Source: Tubulanus polymorphus
Taxonomy: Eukaryota > Animalia > Nemertea
Length of the DNA: 64,000 nt
Direction: 5' to 3'
NCBI RefSeq assembly: GCF_964204645.1
Contig: NC_134028.1
Span: forward strand, 6,200,001-6,264,000
The notes under the pieces are model-generated. The model did not search any database. It was not told the DNA's origin and was given only the letters and a program-made list of their open reading frames with translations. Of the stretch, positions 1 through 13,170 are shown piece after piece. How positions within the stretch are numbered: the stretch's first letter is position 1; each line of letters begins with the position of its first letter. The position numbers were made by a program, and so were the translations under genes.

Positions 1-130
1 ACTTCATGTATTAAGAAACTGACAATTTTCATATGAAATTTGAGACTTCTTTCTGTCAATTCACTATGTTCTTGTCTTTGAATTGTTGCTACATACATAT
101 TTGAAGTATGTTTCGTAATAATTTGTTTAG

Positions 131-3100
131 ATGAAAACGGCAACGTAACTGAACCAGCAGCAGAACCTGTTCTCAATGTAAGAGGTATGCATTCATTACA
201 TTTTACCGTAAATTGGTGAAAACATACGTAGATTATAAGGGACAATAGTGGTGGGTTTTTAAATCTCAATTTGTTTACTCTATAAGAGTCACCTCTGCAT
301 AACTCATGGTCCGATGATGCGAGTACCATTAGCTTTAAAAAATTTGCATTTACGTAATTGTCAATTTTCAATATAGCCTGCTGCGAAAAGAGAAACGTGA
401 CTGCTGATTGTTTGGACGCTTGCACGGTCGACATCGATGCTACATTTCTACAGGATAACTTCAACAAATGTGTCAACCACGTGAACAGCGCTATTCTATG
501 CGCTGCTGGTAAGTTAGAAACGACATAGCAATACGGATGATATATTCATAAATTATCTTGGATGTTACACAATGTATTTTTGCAGATGGAAAAGATCACA
601 GCAGTTGTTGTAAGTCGATAGGAGTTCCATCGTACTGTACGCATTACTGTTCCGGTCATCCTGTATCTTACAATAGAATTCTTGACTGTATGATGTATAT
701 GAGTAAGATCGTTAATTGCATGGAGCAAGGACGCCGTAAGTATTTGAGTTTCCTTCTAAAATGAAGTATAAACAAGGGAAAACTGATAAAGGACAGTCAT
801 TCTTGTGTGTTGACACTTTTAAAAGGACCTGAACTCGTTACATCCCAAAAGGGCCCTTTGACGTACAAAAAGGCAATACATTTGTATAAGGTCACTTCTG
901 CACTGAGGGGCAAACTGTACACTTCCTAGTGGTTCTATCTTGACAGAATGCACTTTGATATCCAACAAGGCAATATTAAGTTTACTCCTGCACTGAAATG
1001 CACCAATCTTTGGTTGAGAAAATGAAAAAGGGCTCTCAAAAAAGACCTGCGCAAGTCTCCCAAGTCCCCCCTGGATCGGATGTAGAATAACCGAAACAGA
1101 GGTTATTGACTTATTCTAATGTAATCATTTATCATTATGTATTTCAGATATTCTACCGTCTAAACCAAGAAATCTACGAGGAAACGCAGAAAATTCGGCC
1201 ATATTCATCGAATGGGACGTGCCAGCCAATCAGCCGGGATATGTACAATATTACCTGATATCGTATAAAGCTTACGTTCACAGTCGAGAGATTGATGAAC
1301 AATTGAAAGTGGTAAGCGGAGTAGATTTCAATGACAAAAATTGTAGTATACTCCTTGCCACCAAGGCAGACAATATATGCGTTTATGCCATTTTTAGCCC
1401 TGGAGAGAATGTTAATTGATAAGGGAGAGGTTGAGGAAGATCCAGCTGCCATCATTACTCCAAACCCATGAACCTATGAATTGGGACCACTATATATCAA
1501 AGACAGTCCAACTCTAGGGGCTCTAAAACCTCTGAAACTTCCTAATACTCTGTGTACTCTTGACAACTACGGAAAAAATTGACAATTCGTGTATCATTTC
1601 AGGGGCGGTCGCTGAAGATGTATCGAATCAGACACCTGATTGCTGGAATCAAATATTACATCTCACTAGAAGCTGTCAATCATTACGGACGCAGTCATCC
1701 ATCTGATACCTTGATTATTTCTACACTTGGTATGTGTAAACCGTTCAGTCAAGCTGTCGACTACTAGTAGATATATTTTGAAATAAAATGGTACAGAATA
1801 GGTTCTCGGGCTTCCATGAGATCCTGAGTCTCATCCTGTTTGTCTGTGTGGGTGTGTCTGACTTTCAGCTACTCAGCTTCGTTAATAGTGGGTCGATTTT
1901 GATGAAACTTTGTTACAATGTTAGTATGGGGGTCTGGTTCTACAGTGCAAAGAATGGACATCACCTAGTGGCAGAACTAGGCACTAAAAACTGTTTTTCA
2001 GCGACATGACCGTGAAGATGACCTCATAACTGAGGAACTGGGTCGAAATTCAAAAAGTTGTCTCAAAAAAATTTAGCTATTGGCCTAGATACAACATATG
2101 CAAAATGCAATGGAAGCTAATGCATGGTAAATTTCAAGCCTATGGCTTGTTTTGATTTTAATAGTGTGCATGTTTTAATAGGTCCAGATCCGCCAAACAA
2201 TTTAAAAGCTGCTCTGAAACCCGACGGAAAATCTCTAACATTGACATGGAGCGGGCCTATCATTGATGACGTAGATATTCAGAAGTACATAATCTATTAT
2301 TACCCATCTGGTTCCAGAAATCCTCTCACGGTAAGTTTACAAATATCTGGAGGCTTGAATTGAAGTAAATTTAGGAATCTGTTGAATCTTTTGATACAGA
2401 AAATAGAGTTGAATGATTATATGGGTTCCACCAAGTATTCATTAAGACTATTTGATTATTCTTGTAATCAAATACATTAACCTGAAGAATGTATTAATTA
2501 TTTTTTTTAGCGGACAGTAGATGCTACGGTATATTCATTAGTAATTGATCATCTGCTGCCTCAGACCATTTATTACATATATATGAAATCTGCAACGAAC
2601 GAAACAAAAAGTGGACCGACAAATACCATTAAGATAACATCAGGGGGACGATGGTTTTACGATAGTACGTATCATTACGTCAGTCTCTCAAGCCATTTTG
2701 GTTTTGCTAAAATTTTAGGTTTAGTTGCGATCTTTGTGTTTTCAAAAAAGGCCATCTCTCCTTTTTCCGGTGATCAACGAATTTGTTCGTTCGAGGACTA
2801 ACGTGTAATTTTCTGATTTTTCATTGTGATGTGATGTTTTTCAGAAAGTAACCCGGGTTTGGCTATTGGCCTCGGTATATTCATACCACTGTTGCTTGTG
2901 GCCATAGGACTTGTTGGCATCTTCTATTACTACAGGTAAAAATCGCTGTTCTCACTTGCAATACTCGTCATATGTTTATCTACATGAAAAATAAACAAAA
3001 TAACATTAAACCTTTCGATACGGTTTATAAATCGGTGATAAACTTGCTAGTACACCACATTGCTTAAATTGTCTTTAGCCTTTGCATTAAGATGCTCTCT

Positions 3101-3528
3101 CAGGGACATATCAAAGCAATGATTGTTCATTGGGGAATATAAAGAATAAGATTTATCCGCAGATCTGTGGAACAATGGGTCCAATCTCCATATGAAATAT
3201 AAGCTCATCCTTTTCTATCATTTTCAGAATGTACAAAAACGCACCACCGAAAGAAAGCCCGGTATCATTCGAGAATCCGGCGTATCGTCCGCGACAAGAA
3301 GTCATGCCGGACGGCGGTGGCACGATGATGCCACCGCCGTCGATCGGCGTGTCGTCGGTACAAATCAGTGGCATCGGCGAAAACAATATCGATCAACAAC
3401 CGATCGGTAATAATGCAGTCGGGGATCCGAATACGACAATGAATCCGTACGCGGAATGTGATCCTTATCATCAGCTAGATCAAAACACGCAGGAACAACC
3501 GGCGCCACATAATTCATCTTCTGTGTAA
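131..3528 (+). CDS. 3' part of a type-I membrane protein with DB modules and fibronectin type III domains (Ig/FN3/DB-module family, similar to nematode igdb-type proteins); 5' end lies outside the window
   Basis: Exons with AG/GT boundaries and a continuous frame: 131-184, 377-508, 586-735, 1148-1311, 1603-1729, 2182-2330, 2511-2664, 2845-2935, 3228-3528 (stop). Translation shows DB-module Cys patterns (ACCEKRNVTADCLDAC...CAADGKDHSSCCKSIGVPSYCTHYC). It also shows two FN3 repeats (PSKPRNL...IEWDVP...Y...LIAGIKYYISLEAVNHYGRS; PDPPNNL...LTWSGP...LLPQTIYYI), a TM helix (GLAIGLGIFIPLLLVAIGLVGIFYYY) and a cytoplasmic tail. Confidence 0.85.
818..1077 (+). mobile_element. Truncated copy of GGATCC-TIR MITE family (family A)
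   Basis: Shares internal subrepeats (acatcccaaaagggc...aaggcaata...cactgagggg) and the 3' end (caagtccccctggatc) with 5107-5386. Confidence 0.6.
1797..2120 (+). mobile_element. HINE/DINE-1-like (Helentron-associated) non-autonomous element, partial
   Basis: Starts ggttctcggg, followed by a ctgtttgtctgtgtg microsatellite-like tract. Aligns by eye with 35621-35875 (aactaggca...gatgacc...gaaattcaa..agttgtctc...aaatgcaatgg). Confidence 0.5.
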
Positions 3529-5106
3529 TACAGGTATCAAATTAGACTAAATCAATGAATTACATGAGCCTTTAAGTGCAACGCACATGACGCAGGGAAA
3601 CATTTCCCTGTGCTGTGTGTGTTTACGAGGAATGAGAAACATGGTTTTGTGAAACAATATTTCCACGTTTTTGTAAATTTCCTGTGCCATGTGCGTTCAG
3701 CTTTAGTGCTGACAGTAGTAAAAAGGGTGATAATTTTGAAGGAATGTATTAGAAATTTGAAAGAGTATTTTTGGCGTCAAAATGAATCAGTAAAACTTTA
3801 GATTTTTCAATATAAACTAAACTGGCAATTATTTTTTGTTTCGTTTCAGATTTTCACCTGTGAAATCTTCAAACCATTCATTTGAAATGAAAAATAGCTT
3901 TTGCCAAAAACTCTTGATTTAAAGTCATTCTTGGAAATTGATTTTGCGATGGGAAGCTTGTGATGATGAATTAGTTCGTAACAAATTCTGGTAATTTGTT
4001 TCATAGACACAGATAACACTAATGATTTTTCGATATGATGAAAATGGTCAACCTTCTGCCAAGTTGAGTATGAAATCAATAATGGAACTAACACCTCACT
4101 GTAAGAAGGACAATTATTGGTAGCATTTATATATCATTATTTTATTCTTAATGAGAAGTGTCTTTTGCACATAATAGAAATGTATTGTATTGAAAATGCA
4201 AACATTTTCATGGATTTTCTGGTAACTGATTTAGGTTCTGGCAACCAAATTATTCTGTAGTTCTTCGTACACCTCACAACACAAACAGAGCTATCCTTTC
4301 ACCGATTCGAATTTTCATTTCTATCTGTTTATTTATTGATTTATTATAGTTATCGGGCTCAAAGCTCTCATATCATGTTAAATTTTGTGAAAAAAGATGT
4401 ACAACTTTTCAGAATCTCAGAACTTTTCATATTACTTGTATCTATTATCTATATCTGTGCGATAGCATAGTTTTCCAGCACTAGGGTGTCTGTGTTTGTC
4501 GGAATGGAGCTCTTGCTACCGATTCTGGTGGTCCGGTTTTACACAAAAATTGTTGTAAGCTTAAAATTATGTAATACACAATTCCTAGTAAAATAATCGA
4601 TTAGTATGAATATTTTGTTAGCTTAAGTTTATCAGGTATGCATTATAGCATAATATATATGTATTGAATATATATCCATTGAATATTCATTCCTAGAATT
4701 CCAATTCTTTTGTGATGGAATCCGTCCTCATCAAACTTTATTCATTCCGGCCATTTTACAATTACATCATATCCGCGAAATGTATCGATAGAAATCTAAA
4801 TAGACTCTCATGGGTTAGATCTGTTTGTTTTAAATTTTTTTGTTTATATATTTTTGAAAAAAAAACGTTGATGTTGTAATTGTGTACCGGTACGTCCTTA
4901 TGAATGGATTGACATTTACAATTTGTCGTGATCTATTTTAATCATGTACATGTATAAACAAATTATAATATATTTTTGAAAATGACAGATTTCGCCGAAC
5001 TCAAGGGAAGTGTGTAGTGGCATTGATATACTGCAATATCTTACTGTTGATAATGATTAGAGCTTAGCTGTGGGGTTCATTGACAATAATGCACCTTGGC
5101 TTATTG

Positions 5107-5386
5107 CAGGGACGGATCCAGAGGCCAGTTTTGAAGGACTTGTCACATCCCAAAAGGGCGCTCTCTGATATCCAAAAAAGGCAATATTATTACTCCTACA
5201 CTGAGGGGCCAGTTTTGAAGAATTTGTCACATCTAAAAAGGGCACTTTGATGTCCACGAAGGCAATATTAGGGTCACTTCCGCACTGAAATACACCAATT
5301 ATCTTTGTTGACAAAGTAGAAAAGGGCACTCAAAGAAATTTGATGGAGCTCTACAAGTCACACAAGTCCCTCTGGATCCACCCCTG
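5107..5386 (+). mobile_element. MITE family A (TIR CAGGGRCGGATCCAGAGG) with internal tandem subrepeats
   Basis: TIRs cagggacggatccagagg / cctctggatccacccctg. The internal unit ggccagttttgaagga..tgtcacatc..aaaagggc is repeated. Related copies occur at 818, 21944 and 59969. Confidence 0.75.
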
Positions 5387-5789
5387 TATGGTTCTGAAGT
5401 TTGTTGATTTAGATTCCCCTTGTCCAATTCGAGGTATATTGATGAAACTGTTTGTTACATGAGTTCAAGCTGAGTTTTATCCTTTAGTGATAGCCTGTAG
5501 GTCAATCCGAATTGGTCGTACCAAGACTTCTATATGTTTCTGAAAATATATATGGTGCTTTGTAATTTCTAAATGACTAAACAAAATCTGAAGAATTGCT
5601 TGCTTTTGCTTTCGATTTAAATGAAACTTATTTACTTCGAATCTCATGAAATTTCTCCATTGACTTTTACCAAAAATGATTTGACAAGGATACGCATCTG
5701 TTTCTGTACGGATAAGCTGCAGATATCAAACTTGATGTGTTCACAGCTGGAATTTCGTCTGAAAACGCTTGTGACCAATTAGCATGGGT

Positions 5790-5850
5790 TCACGGTAGTT
5801 CGAACCGACCATCTCTCAGTTCAGAGTCAAACACTCGATACGCCAAGCCA
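5790..5850 (-). repeat. Degenerate tRNA-derived SINE head
   Basis: The minus strand reads tggcttggcgtatcgagtgtttgactctgaactgagagatggtcggttcgaactaccg, with a B-box-like GGTTCGAAC. Confidence 0.3.
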
Positions 5851-8407
5851 TGAAGGCGCTAGGACAAGATCTATTTTCTAATACGTCTTCATGAAATTCC
5901 AGCTGTTGATGATTCGTGGGTATGGTCCTCACTTTTGGAAGGAAAGTGCCTTTTCATATTCCGCGCTTGTAAACCAGTGGCTCCGCTCTTCGACTTGTCG
6001 ACCTATTGCTCCAAGGTTATGTCATTGGCCTGCGTGTACAGTGATTTTCAGTAATTTACTGCTGCTTAAAGTCCAGTTCCTGGTGACTAATATTATAATA
6101 TATCATGGGGCCATTCATTTAGTATGTAGGCAAAAGTCTGCCGATTCTTAACCCACCTCCCCCCTTGTACACAGCTGTACTTTTCACTTTACCAAAACCG
6201 ATCAAAGGTGAATAGATTACAAAATGATTATTTGTAATGCATTTGCACAGATCCCCTCCCTCTATCATGCGTATGTACTAAATGGATGGTCCCTATGTAC
6301 GGTTACATGTACATGTAAGAATTGTTGTTTGTGTAGTATGTATATTGTTGTAAATAGACCGATCTGTATCGATGTATAAAACAGATTATTCTCAAAGATG
6401 TGAAATATTATTAAGATTATTATTATTGGTATGATGGTTATATTTTTTATCATTATTTAAACAAGATGTTGTAAGCTTTTAAAAACTTTTCTTATGGCAG
6501 TAGAATGTTTACTAACTATATTAGTGTTCGCTAGCTTTACAATTTAGAGCCGTCCTTGTCTGTACTGTACATTTAGGTGTAGATTGATATTAATTAGGGT
6601 TTGCAGGTTTTGTGAACGTTTCAGCTGTATTTTTGTACATGCATTTGGAAACGTTTGATTGAATCTGAATTTTGGATTTTCTTGAAATCATGATAATGCA
6701 GTAATTAAACTACCAGAACATTATTGTAGTAAATTAAGGATTTCAAATCAGATTTTAAGAGATTGATCTAAACCTATAGCACGTTCGGTTTGAAGCAGAG
6801 TTTTTCTGGAAAGAGAATAGCTATGCAGCACGTGGTCCGAGAAAATTCGGATTACATGCGCTTTACTGGCTTTTCAGTAGCGGATACAGGGGGTCCTTGT
6901 GGGTCCAAACACCCCCCCCCCTAAAATTTTAAGGTCCCTTTAAACTTCTATCCCCAAAAATCCGAACCGGAAGAGAAGTCAAAATTTAGCTTGAACAACT
7001 GAAAAGAAATATCAAATTTTGTAGCGGCAACTTGCTGTTTAACATTTAAGAAATTCCGGAATACCAGGTCGGTAGTGAATGCATTGGAGGTGTATTCTGG
7101 AATTATTAGAGCTCAGTTGGTATATATCTTTTGCATTAGATTAACTTTTGCATGAGATCAACTTTCGAAAAGTCAAATACAGTAAAGTTTAGTCGTTGAG
7201 AAATGGTTTTTCATAGGTCTGATTTTTCAGACACCTCATATGAGATTATGTACAGAACGAAAAAAAATCGGATTCATGGACGTTTTTAAAGTGGAAGTAA
7301 ACCCTATTCAGTTGTTGTGTGCCATGTTATTTTCCCAAGAAACATTGGAAGACAGCTTGACGACTTTGCTTGCTATTATGATTATATATTAAAATGTGTT
7401 AAGCAATTGTGGTTTATTCTAGCAAACATTTTTTTTTTCAAGTTTGGTTTATCATATTTACCTCTTTGAATAATCAGCTTGATATTTGATTTGATTATGA
7501 ATATTAATAAACTTAAGTTCTCTTTCATAGTCATATTAACCACAGCTGTTTTATGCTATGCATGTTATGAGATGTATGGATGATAGATATTTTTCATTAC
7601 TTTGTAACATTCCCACTGCCTCTAATGCCAGCTATTATTCCTTATGTCATTTCGTTTCAAATGGACAAAAGTGGGGTACAATAACCCGGTCGATTTTGGT
7701 AGTTCATAAGTAGTTAGGGTAACCAACTTACCTACTGAATACCTAATAGAAGGCCTTAAAATGACCTGAATGGATGGACGGCTGAAATACCGTATACCGA
7801 TTTTGATGCATTTTACACTAAAGGTGGCTTTTATGAAATAAAGTTTAAATGTATTAAAATGAATGGTTTAGTTCAGCTTGCCATAAATTCTGGTATTTTT
7901 TTTGGATATTTCAGAAAGGCCTTTGTACTCCCAAAATCTAGCGAGCTATGGCACCAAATATTTGTACATATGTGTATGCACTGTTTTTGGTCACATAAAC
8001 GGTAGCCCGGTATTCTAATTTGGCTTTAATATCAGAAATACCATTTTCAGATAAGAGGCAGCTGTGCATTCTATCAAAACTCAAACCATTCCTAGGTGTC
8101 GTTTAGATAAATGTTTTAACATAATGATAATTTGGGTTTATTTATGGGTAACATCATTAACATGTTTACAAACAGCACAGAGTTTTCCTATTTTGTAGTA
8201 TTATAATGTTATATATGATATATAGACATTGCAGGATTAAAATCATGTACGCAAATTGTTCATCTTGGTGATTTTTCTCAAGTTCTTTTCAACATCTCTT
8301 AGAAAGGATGATCAATTTGGGGATCAGAGGTCAGCTGTGTTTTAGATATAAACTGGTCCCTGTGTCATCGGATTGGCTTTGAACTGAAATTGACTTAACC
8401 AGAACTC

Positions 8408-8784
8408 TGGTCACATTAAGATCCGATCATCCGCGATTCGACCTTAAGAACACTCTTATCACATCGCGAGGTCGAGTCACTGATTCGGCCACGACTCATT
8501 TGCCGGAACTTATCTACACTCAGATCGCGTAAGATCCACGATAATTTTGAAACAAACTTTTTAGTCATATTTAGTCGTATGATATGTACATTGCTGTGTT
8601 CATTGGCTATGACCTACGACCTTGGTCGTTAGTATACTCAGGTCACATAAGATTCGTTCCGATCCAAAGAAATAGAACGATCTTAATTACGCTCATGTTG
8701 CAAATATTCCCCCACTGAAAATCTGCGACTGTTTGGCAATTCCTTACGACTGGACGATTGGGTCGGATCTCATGTATGTAACCT
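8408..8784. mobile_element. Degenerate TIR element (ggtcacat...gatccgatc / gtcggatc...atgtaacc)
   Basis: Imperfect terminal inverted repeats, an internal repeat of the left end at about 8640, and a CpG-rich interior unlike the flanks. Confidence 0.35.
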
Positions 8785-10722
8785 GAATAAGGCTTTAGAT
8801 AAGACAGGTCTCAGAGGTTTCTTGGTTCCTTTACATTCTGCTTGGACCTTTCGCCCATGAAGTGACCTCAAACCGGTTTCTGATAATACTCAGGGTCTGG
8901 TTTTACAGACCGGTATTAACTTTAACCTGGGGTTAACTCATAAAACTAATTCATTGTCAATTGAGCCGAGTTAATCCTTGGGTTAAAGCTAATGTACCAG
9001 CCTAATAAACCATCAATACATTCATGCAGAATTAGGCTTTTGAAACCAGAGAATGAGTAAAAACCAACAAAAACCTTTCCTCAGTTAGATACGAAATGTT
9101 TATTTTTCAATTTTCAATATAAAACCATTTACAAAATTGTTCCTTTTATGTATATATGTGTGTATGTATATGATTAATGAAGGGAAAAAAAGAATAGACT
9201 CCCTTCTGATTCATGCACCACATACATCATTAGCATAGCACCTAAAATCATAGTTATCAAAAAAATCTAACCTACCAAATTCATTCACGAAATAAATAAA
9301 CTATCTGAGTAACAGGTTCGTTACTGGTTAGGCTCCTATGAACTGTTGACACTGTCGCTACATCGCTCTACATACTAGACTTCATTTCTTAGATCTACAT
9401 GTACTTTCTTAATAGAAGGTATCCCCCTCTAGGTACAGCTGTTAGGGCTCGGAGGGTGTCCTCGAATATGTAAATTTTCAATTAATATGTAATCAATCAT
9501 AAACATTTTTATAATTTATACTTATGTTCATATATATTTGAGAAAATAAATTCTATCATTCCTTCGACTATGATCAAACCAAGCCACCTCCCCATTTCAA
9601 AACTGATGGCATCTTAACACTCTGCCTGGAGAAATAGATATATTCATCTGATTTTAATGATCACGTTAGAAAATAAAAATATGACCAACTAGGTTTATTT
9701 CAGAATTCAGCGTTAGATTTTAATTATCAAAATAGCGTAACGGTAATTTACAAATCAGTTTTTGTTCATTATGAAGAAATCAAACAAGTAAGCAGCTTAA
9801 GTGTCAATTGTATCATCTACCCATATTTGACTTAGGCTGAGTCCAGCTCCTTTGCCAGGTCACAGTTCGACTGAAAACTTCACAGGTTGGAGCATCGGAG
9901 TGCTTTCAATTGTTCTGAATGGAATGAAATGGTAAGGAGCGCTCAAAGCAACTGGATCTGTAGTTGACGATAGTCAAGGCACTTGGCGAGCTGAACTAAG
10001 CCTACCTTTCATTTACACGGGTAATCACAGACTCACTAACTGTGCACAGTACAGTATCAGTGGTTGAGAAAATCCCTCTTGATTAGATATGAGATACTGG
10101 TACGACTTCAATATCATATTGCAAATCAACAATTATATCTATAGATTAAAAAAAGATGTCTAGCTATCAAAAATTCTAAAAGGATCTAGTTCCACCGTTC
10201 GAGGTTAAGATTTGATTTGATTCTGTATCGTTAAAACATCGGCAATGAACTAATTTTAACTCAAGAGAGTTTAATTCAACCATGGATGTATCATGATACA
10301 GGACCGTAGCGTGCGGCCAAAAAATAATACCGCTCGTTTTCAATTCATAGGGAAATATCAAACAGAAACGTTAAACTTACAACTATTACAACATAATACA
10401 TTTATATATCAAATAACTGCATTAACTTTGACCTATGTTATATCAATGGGAACTGCTCACATCCGAACACAAAATTTCCAAAATTCCCATTCAGTTCAAG
10501 TCAAATACAAAACGAAGCCGCCCGCCTATTCCTCACGCTACGGAACGGTATCATACGTCCATGATTTAACAGAGAACTATGGAAGTGGGTCCGGCATGTA
10601 TGTAATACTTGTAAAGAAACGCAATACCTTATTGTTTAATGATATGGCGACTTCTAGCAATAAACAAAGTAACTCCAGTACGCTCCTGCTATAGGAAATT
10701 CAGTGAACAAATTTGGCCATTT

Positions 10723-11007
10723 TTAACCCATTCAGTGCGTCTACACCACAGTGCAGTGTATAAATTGGTGATGGACTTTGCACCACACAGCGGTGTATTG
10801 ATATAATTGGTAATTATTTCCTATCTCAAATGAAAGATGGCAGCACCTGTCAAACAGTTAAATACTAGTAACTAACGATACACTGCGTCACAGTGTGCAC
10901 TTAAACGGTATACCTGATATTCAACACAATGGGGTGGAAGTTTTAAAGAACTTTCAAATTATCTCCAGCTCTTAAGGGTATGAATCAGTCAGCACTCAAA
11001 GGGTTAA
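10723..11007. mobile_element. piggyBac-like non-autonomous MITE (family B)
   Basis: TTAA|CCCATTCAGTGC ... GCACTCAAAGGG|TTAA: TTAA target duplication and CCC/GGG termini typical of piggyBac. Homologous copies at 14778, 46210 and 54192. Confidence 0.75.
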
Positions 11008-12147
11008 CATATGCATTATCTAGCGTCTATACCACCATATGGGGCAATTTACTAATTACAGCTTGATTTGTAAAACAAATCTATTCAGCAGATCTTGACC
11101 GATTTGTATTGAAAATATCAATGATGAGAATAGTACATAATATATAATTGATTGATTAGCTTAAAGCAGTATGGTGACAAATATACTCGGTATATAATAT
11201 ACTAGCAAATAGCAGCTTTAGAGAAAAAATAAACAATTACCGATATGGAAAATCCAGAAATCCAGTCAGAATATCAAAGAAATTTCTTAAATGTCATCCA
11301 AATGCCATAATTCATAACCTGATGATAACTGAAGTATGCATTCTATCATTAATAAAGAAGCATGTTTATATATATGGAAGTAGTTTGACATCAACAGATG
11401 GTTGTGTTACTACAGTTATGAGGAGAAACTTTTCCTTAAATTAGCAGACAAAAATATAATAAATATCTAGAATTCTATACCGGTAATTGAAATGAATCGA
11501 AGATATACAGGTAGTCGAAGTTGATCTGAAATTGCAGACTCTGCCAGTGAATTGACACCTTTTGGATGAGCGTTGAGATGCGAATGAGGGAAGATTATGC
11601 GAAATTACAGCAAATAACTGAGAGTCAAAGTCATGTAAAGCGAGTGAAATTTTTGACAGCCTAATGCACCCAATTCAATACTATTGCCACATTTAGATCT
11701 CAGAAACAATCCCAGTCCATTCTAAATGTTAGAGCAGACCTTGGACCAATGTTTCTGATTGATCAAAATTGGTTAACACAAGTCGGCTGATGAATCATTT
11801 CCGCTAGGCTATGTGTAGCACCCATCGCATGAAAACCAGCAGTATTTCAAAAGTACCCCTTCTCGAATTAATGAACTTTCAATACGTCTAAGGATAAAGG
11901 CACACCTTACAGGTAGTTAGTTAGTTAAACCGTCAAAATTCTTGGTTATTCAACAATATAATACACATTCATATAATAAGCTTCTGGCCTGGATCAACTC
12001 ATCTTTTACTTCCCAAGTACCAAGATACAGTGAATTATAATACCAGTCTATAAAACCGGGCCCAGGGCTTTACTTAATTGAAAATGAAATAAGCCTCCCC
12101 CCCCCCCCCCGGTAAAAGGTAATACTAGTCTATGAAACTGGCCCCCG

Positions 12148-12249
12148 GGCCCGGTGTTATAGACTTGTGTAATACCTTAATGCCGGGGGCTAACTCAATT
12201 CAATTTCAATTGAGTTAAACATAATACCAGTCTATAAAAACCGGGCCTA
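12148..12249. mobile_element. Short palindromic GGCCC-TIR MITE (Harbinger-like)
   Basis: ggcccggtgttatagact ... agtctataaaaaccgggcc. Fragments of the same family occur at about 8893-8990, 12040-12065 and 29660-29720. Confidence 0.5.
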
Positions 12250-12954
12250 GGTTCATTGGTCTATAACCCAGGCTAAGATTGCCTATGCATACACGAATTA
12301 GAGAAAAAGTTACATCGATACATAACAAGGCTGTTTCGATTTCCATCATTAACTCATTGAGTTCGTTCCTTTGTGACCTGAGGACCAACGCATTAAATGT
12401 CAATTTGTAATTGAAATTCCTGAAGATCTATAATCTTTTTCTATAAATATGATGAGATCGTCTCGTTAATATCGCTCTCTGGCCGTCATCATCATCATCG
12501 TAAATACCGCCGATTCACCGGCTATTTGTGTATCGTACCAATAATTACAGTTACTGTACACACATCAGTTGAGCAAAATTTCAGCCCGATTTTCAGCGTT
12601 CATTTCTGTAATGTAATGAAAAAGACTCAAATGTTGCAGGAAACTTAATTAGCTTAACTTTTTAAATTAATCAACCCTAGAGTGAATGAAAGAAGCAACA
12701 CAACGTCCTCTGTGATATAGAAAATGAGATGTTCGAGATACTTAACATCGTAGTCAATGCAATGAGTAAACGTGCCCTGTATTGCAGAAAATGAAGAAGG
12801 GTATTGCAGCAGACTAGACAATTGTTGAATAAGTTGAGGTGCTTGAATGGTTTTGCAAGCAAATTCCTATCCTATCTATTTTCGTAATCACCTAATTGGG
12901 CAACAAATCCCGGTCCTAACTGCACTGATTTAGGCGCAGTCTATATACTGTACA

Positions 12955-13090
12955 ACTTCTAAAATTTCTCATTGCCTATTTCTCAAAATTAAAGGAGTTT
13001 CAAAGGAGTTTCTGGCATTTTGCTAAAATCAAAGGCGTAAAGCACTTTCCATTTCGAGCTTTTAAGGAATCAAGGAGTTGTAAGGCCCCT
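12955..13090 (+). repeat. Dispersed repeat fragment (family F), 3' end shared with 22945-23430
   Basis: cctatttctcaaaatt(a/g)aaggagttt...aaatcaaagg...tttaaggaatca.ggag is present at both loci. Confidence 0.55.
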
Positions 13091-13170
13091 GTTAGAAGAT
13101 TGTATTGTAGAGAGCGACTAAAGCTGCTCGGATACTCGCACAAGGTACTCACTTGACGTTTGAAGATATG

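Noticed and set aside
10293-10694. 133-aa intergenic ORF and other short ORFs between 3.6-12.9 kb and 15-28 kb
   Set aside because: No recognisable motifs or supporting splice structure; lengths are compatible with chance.
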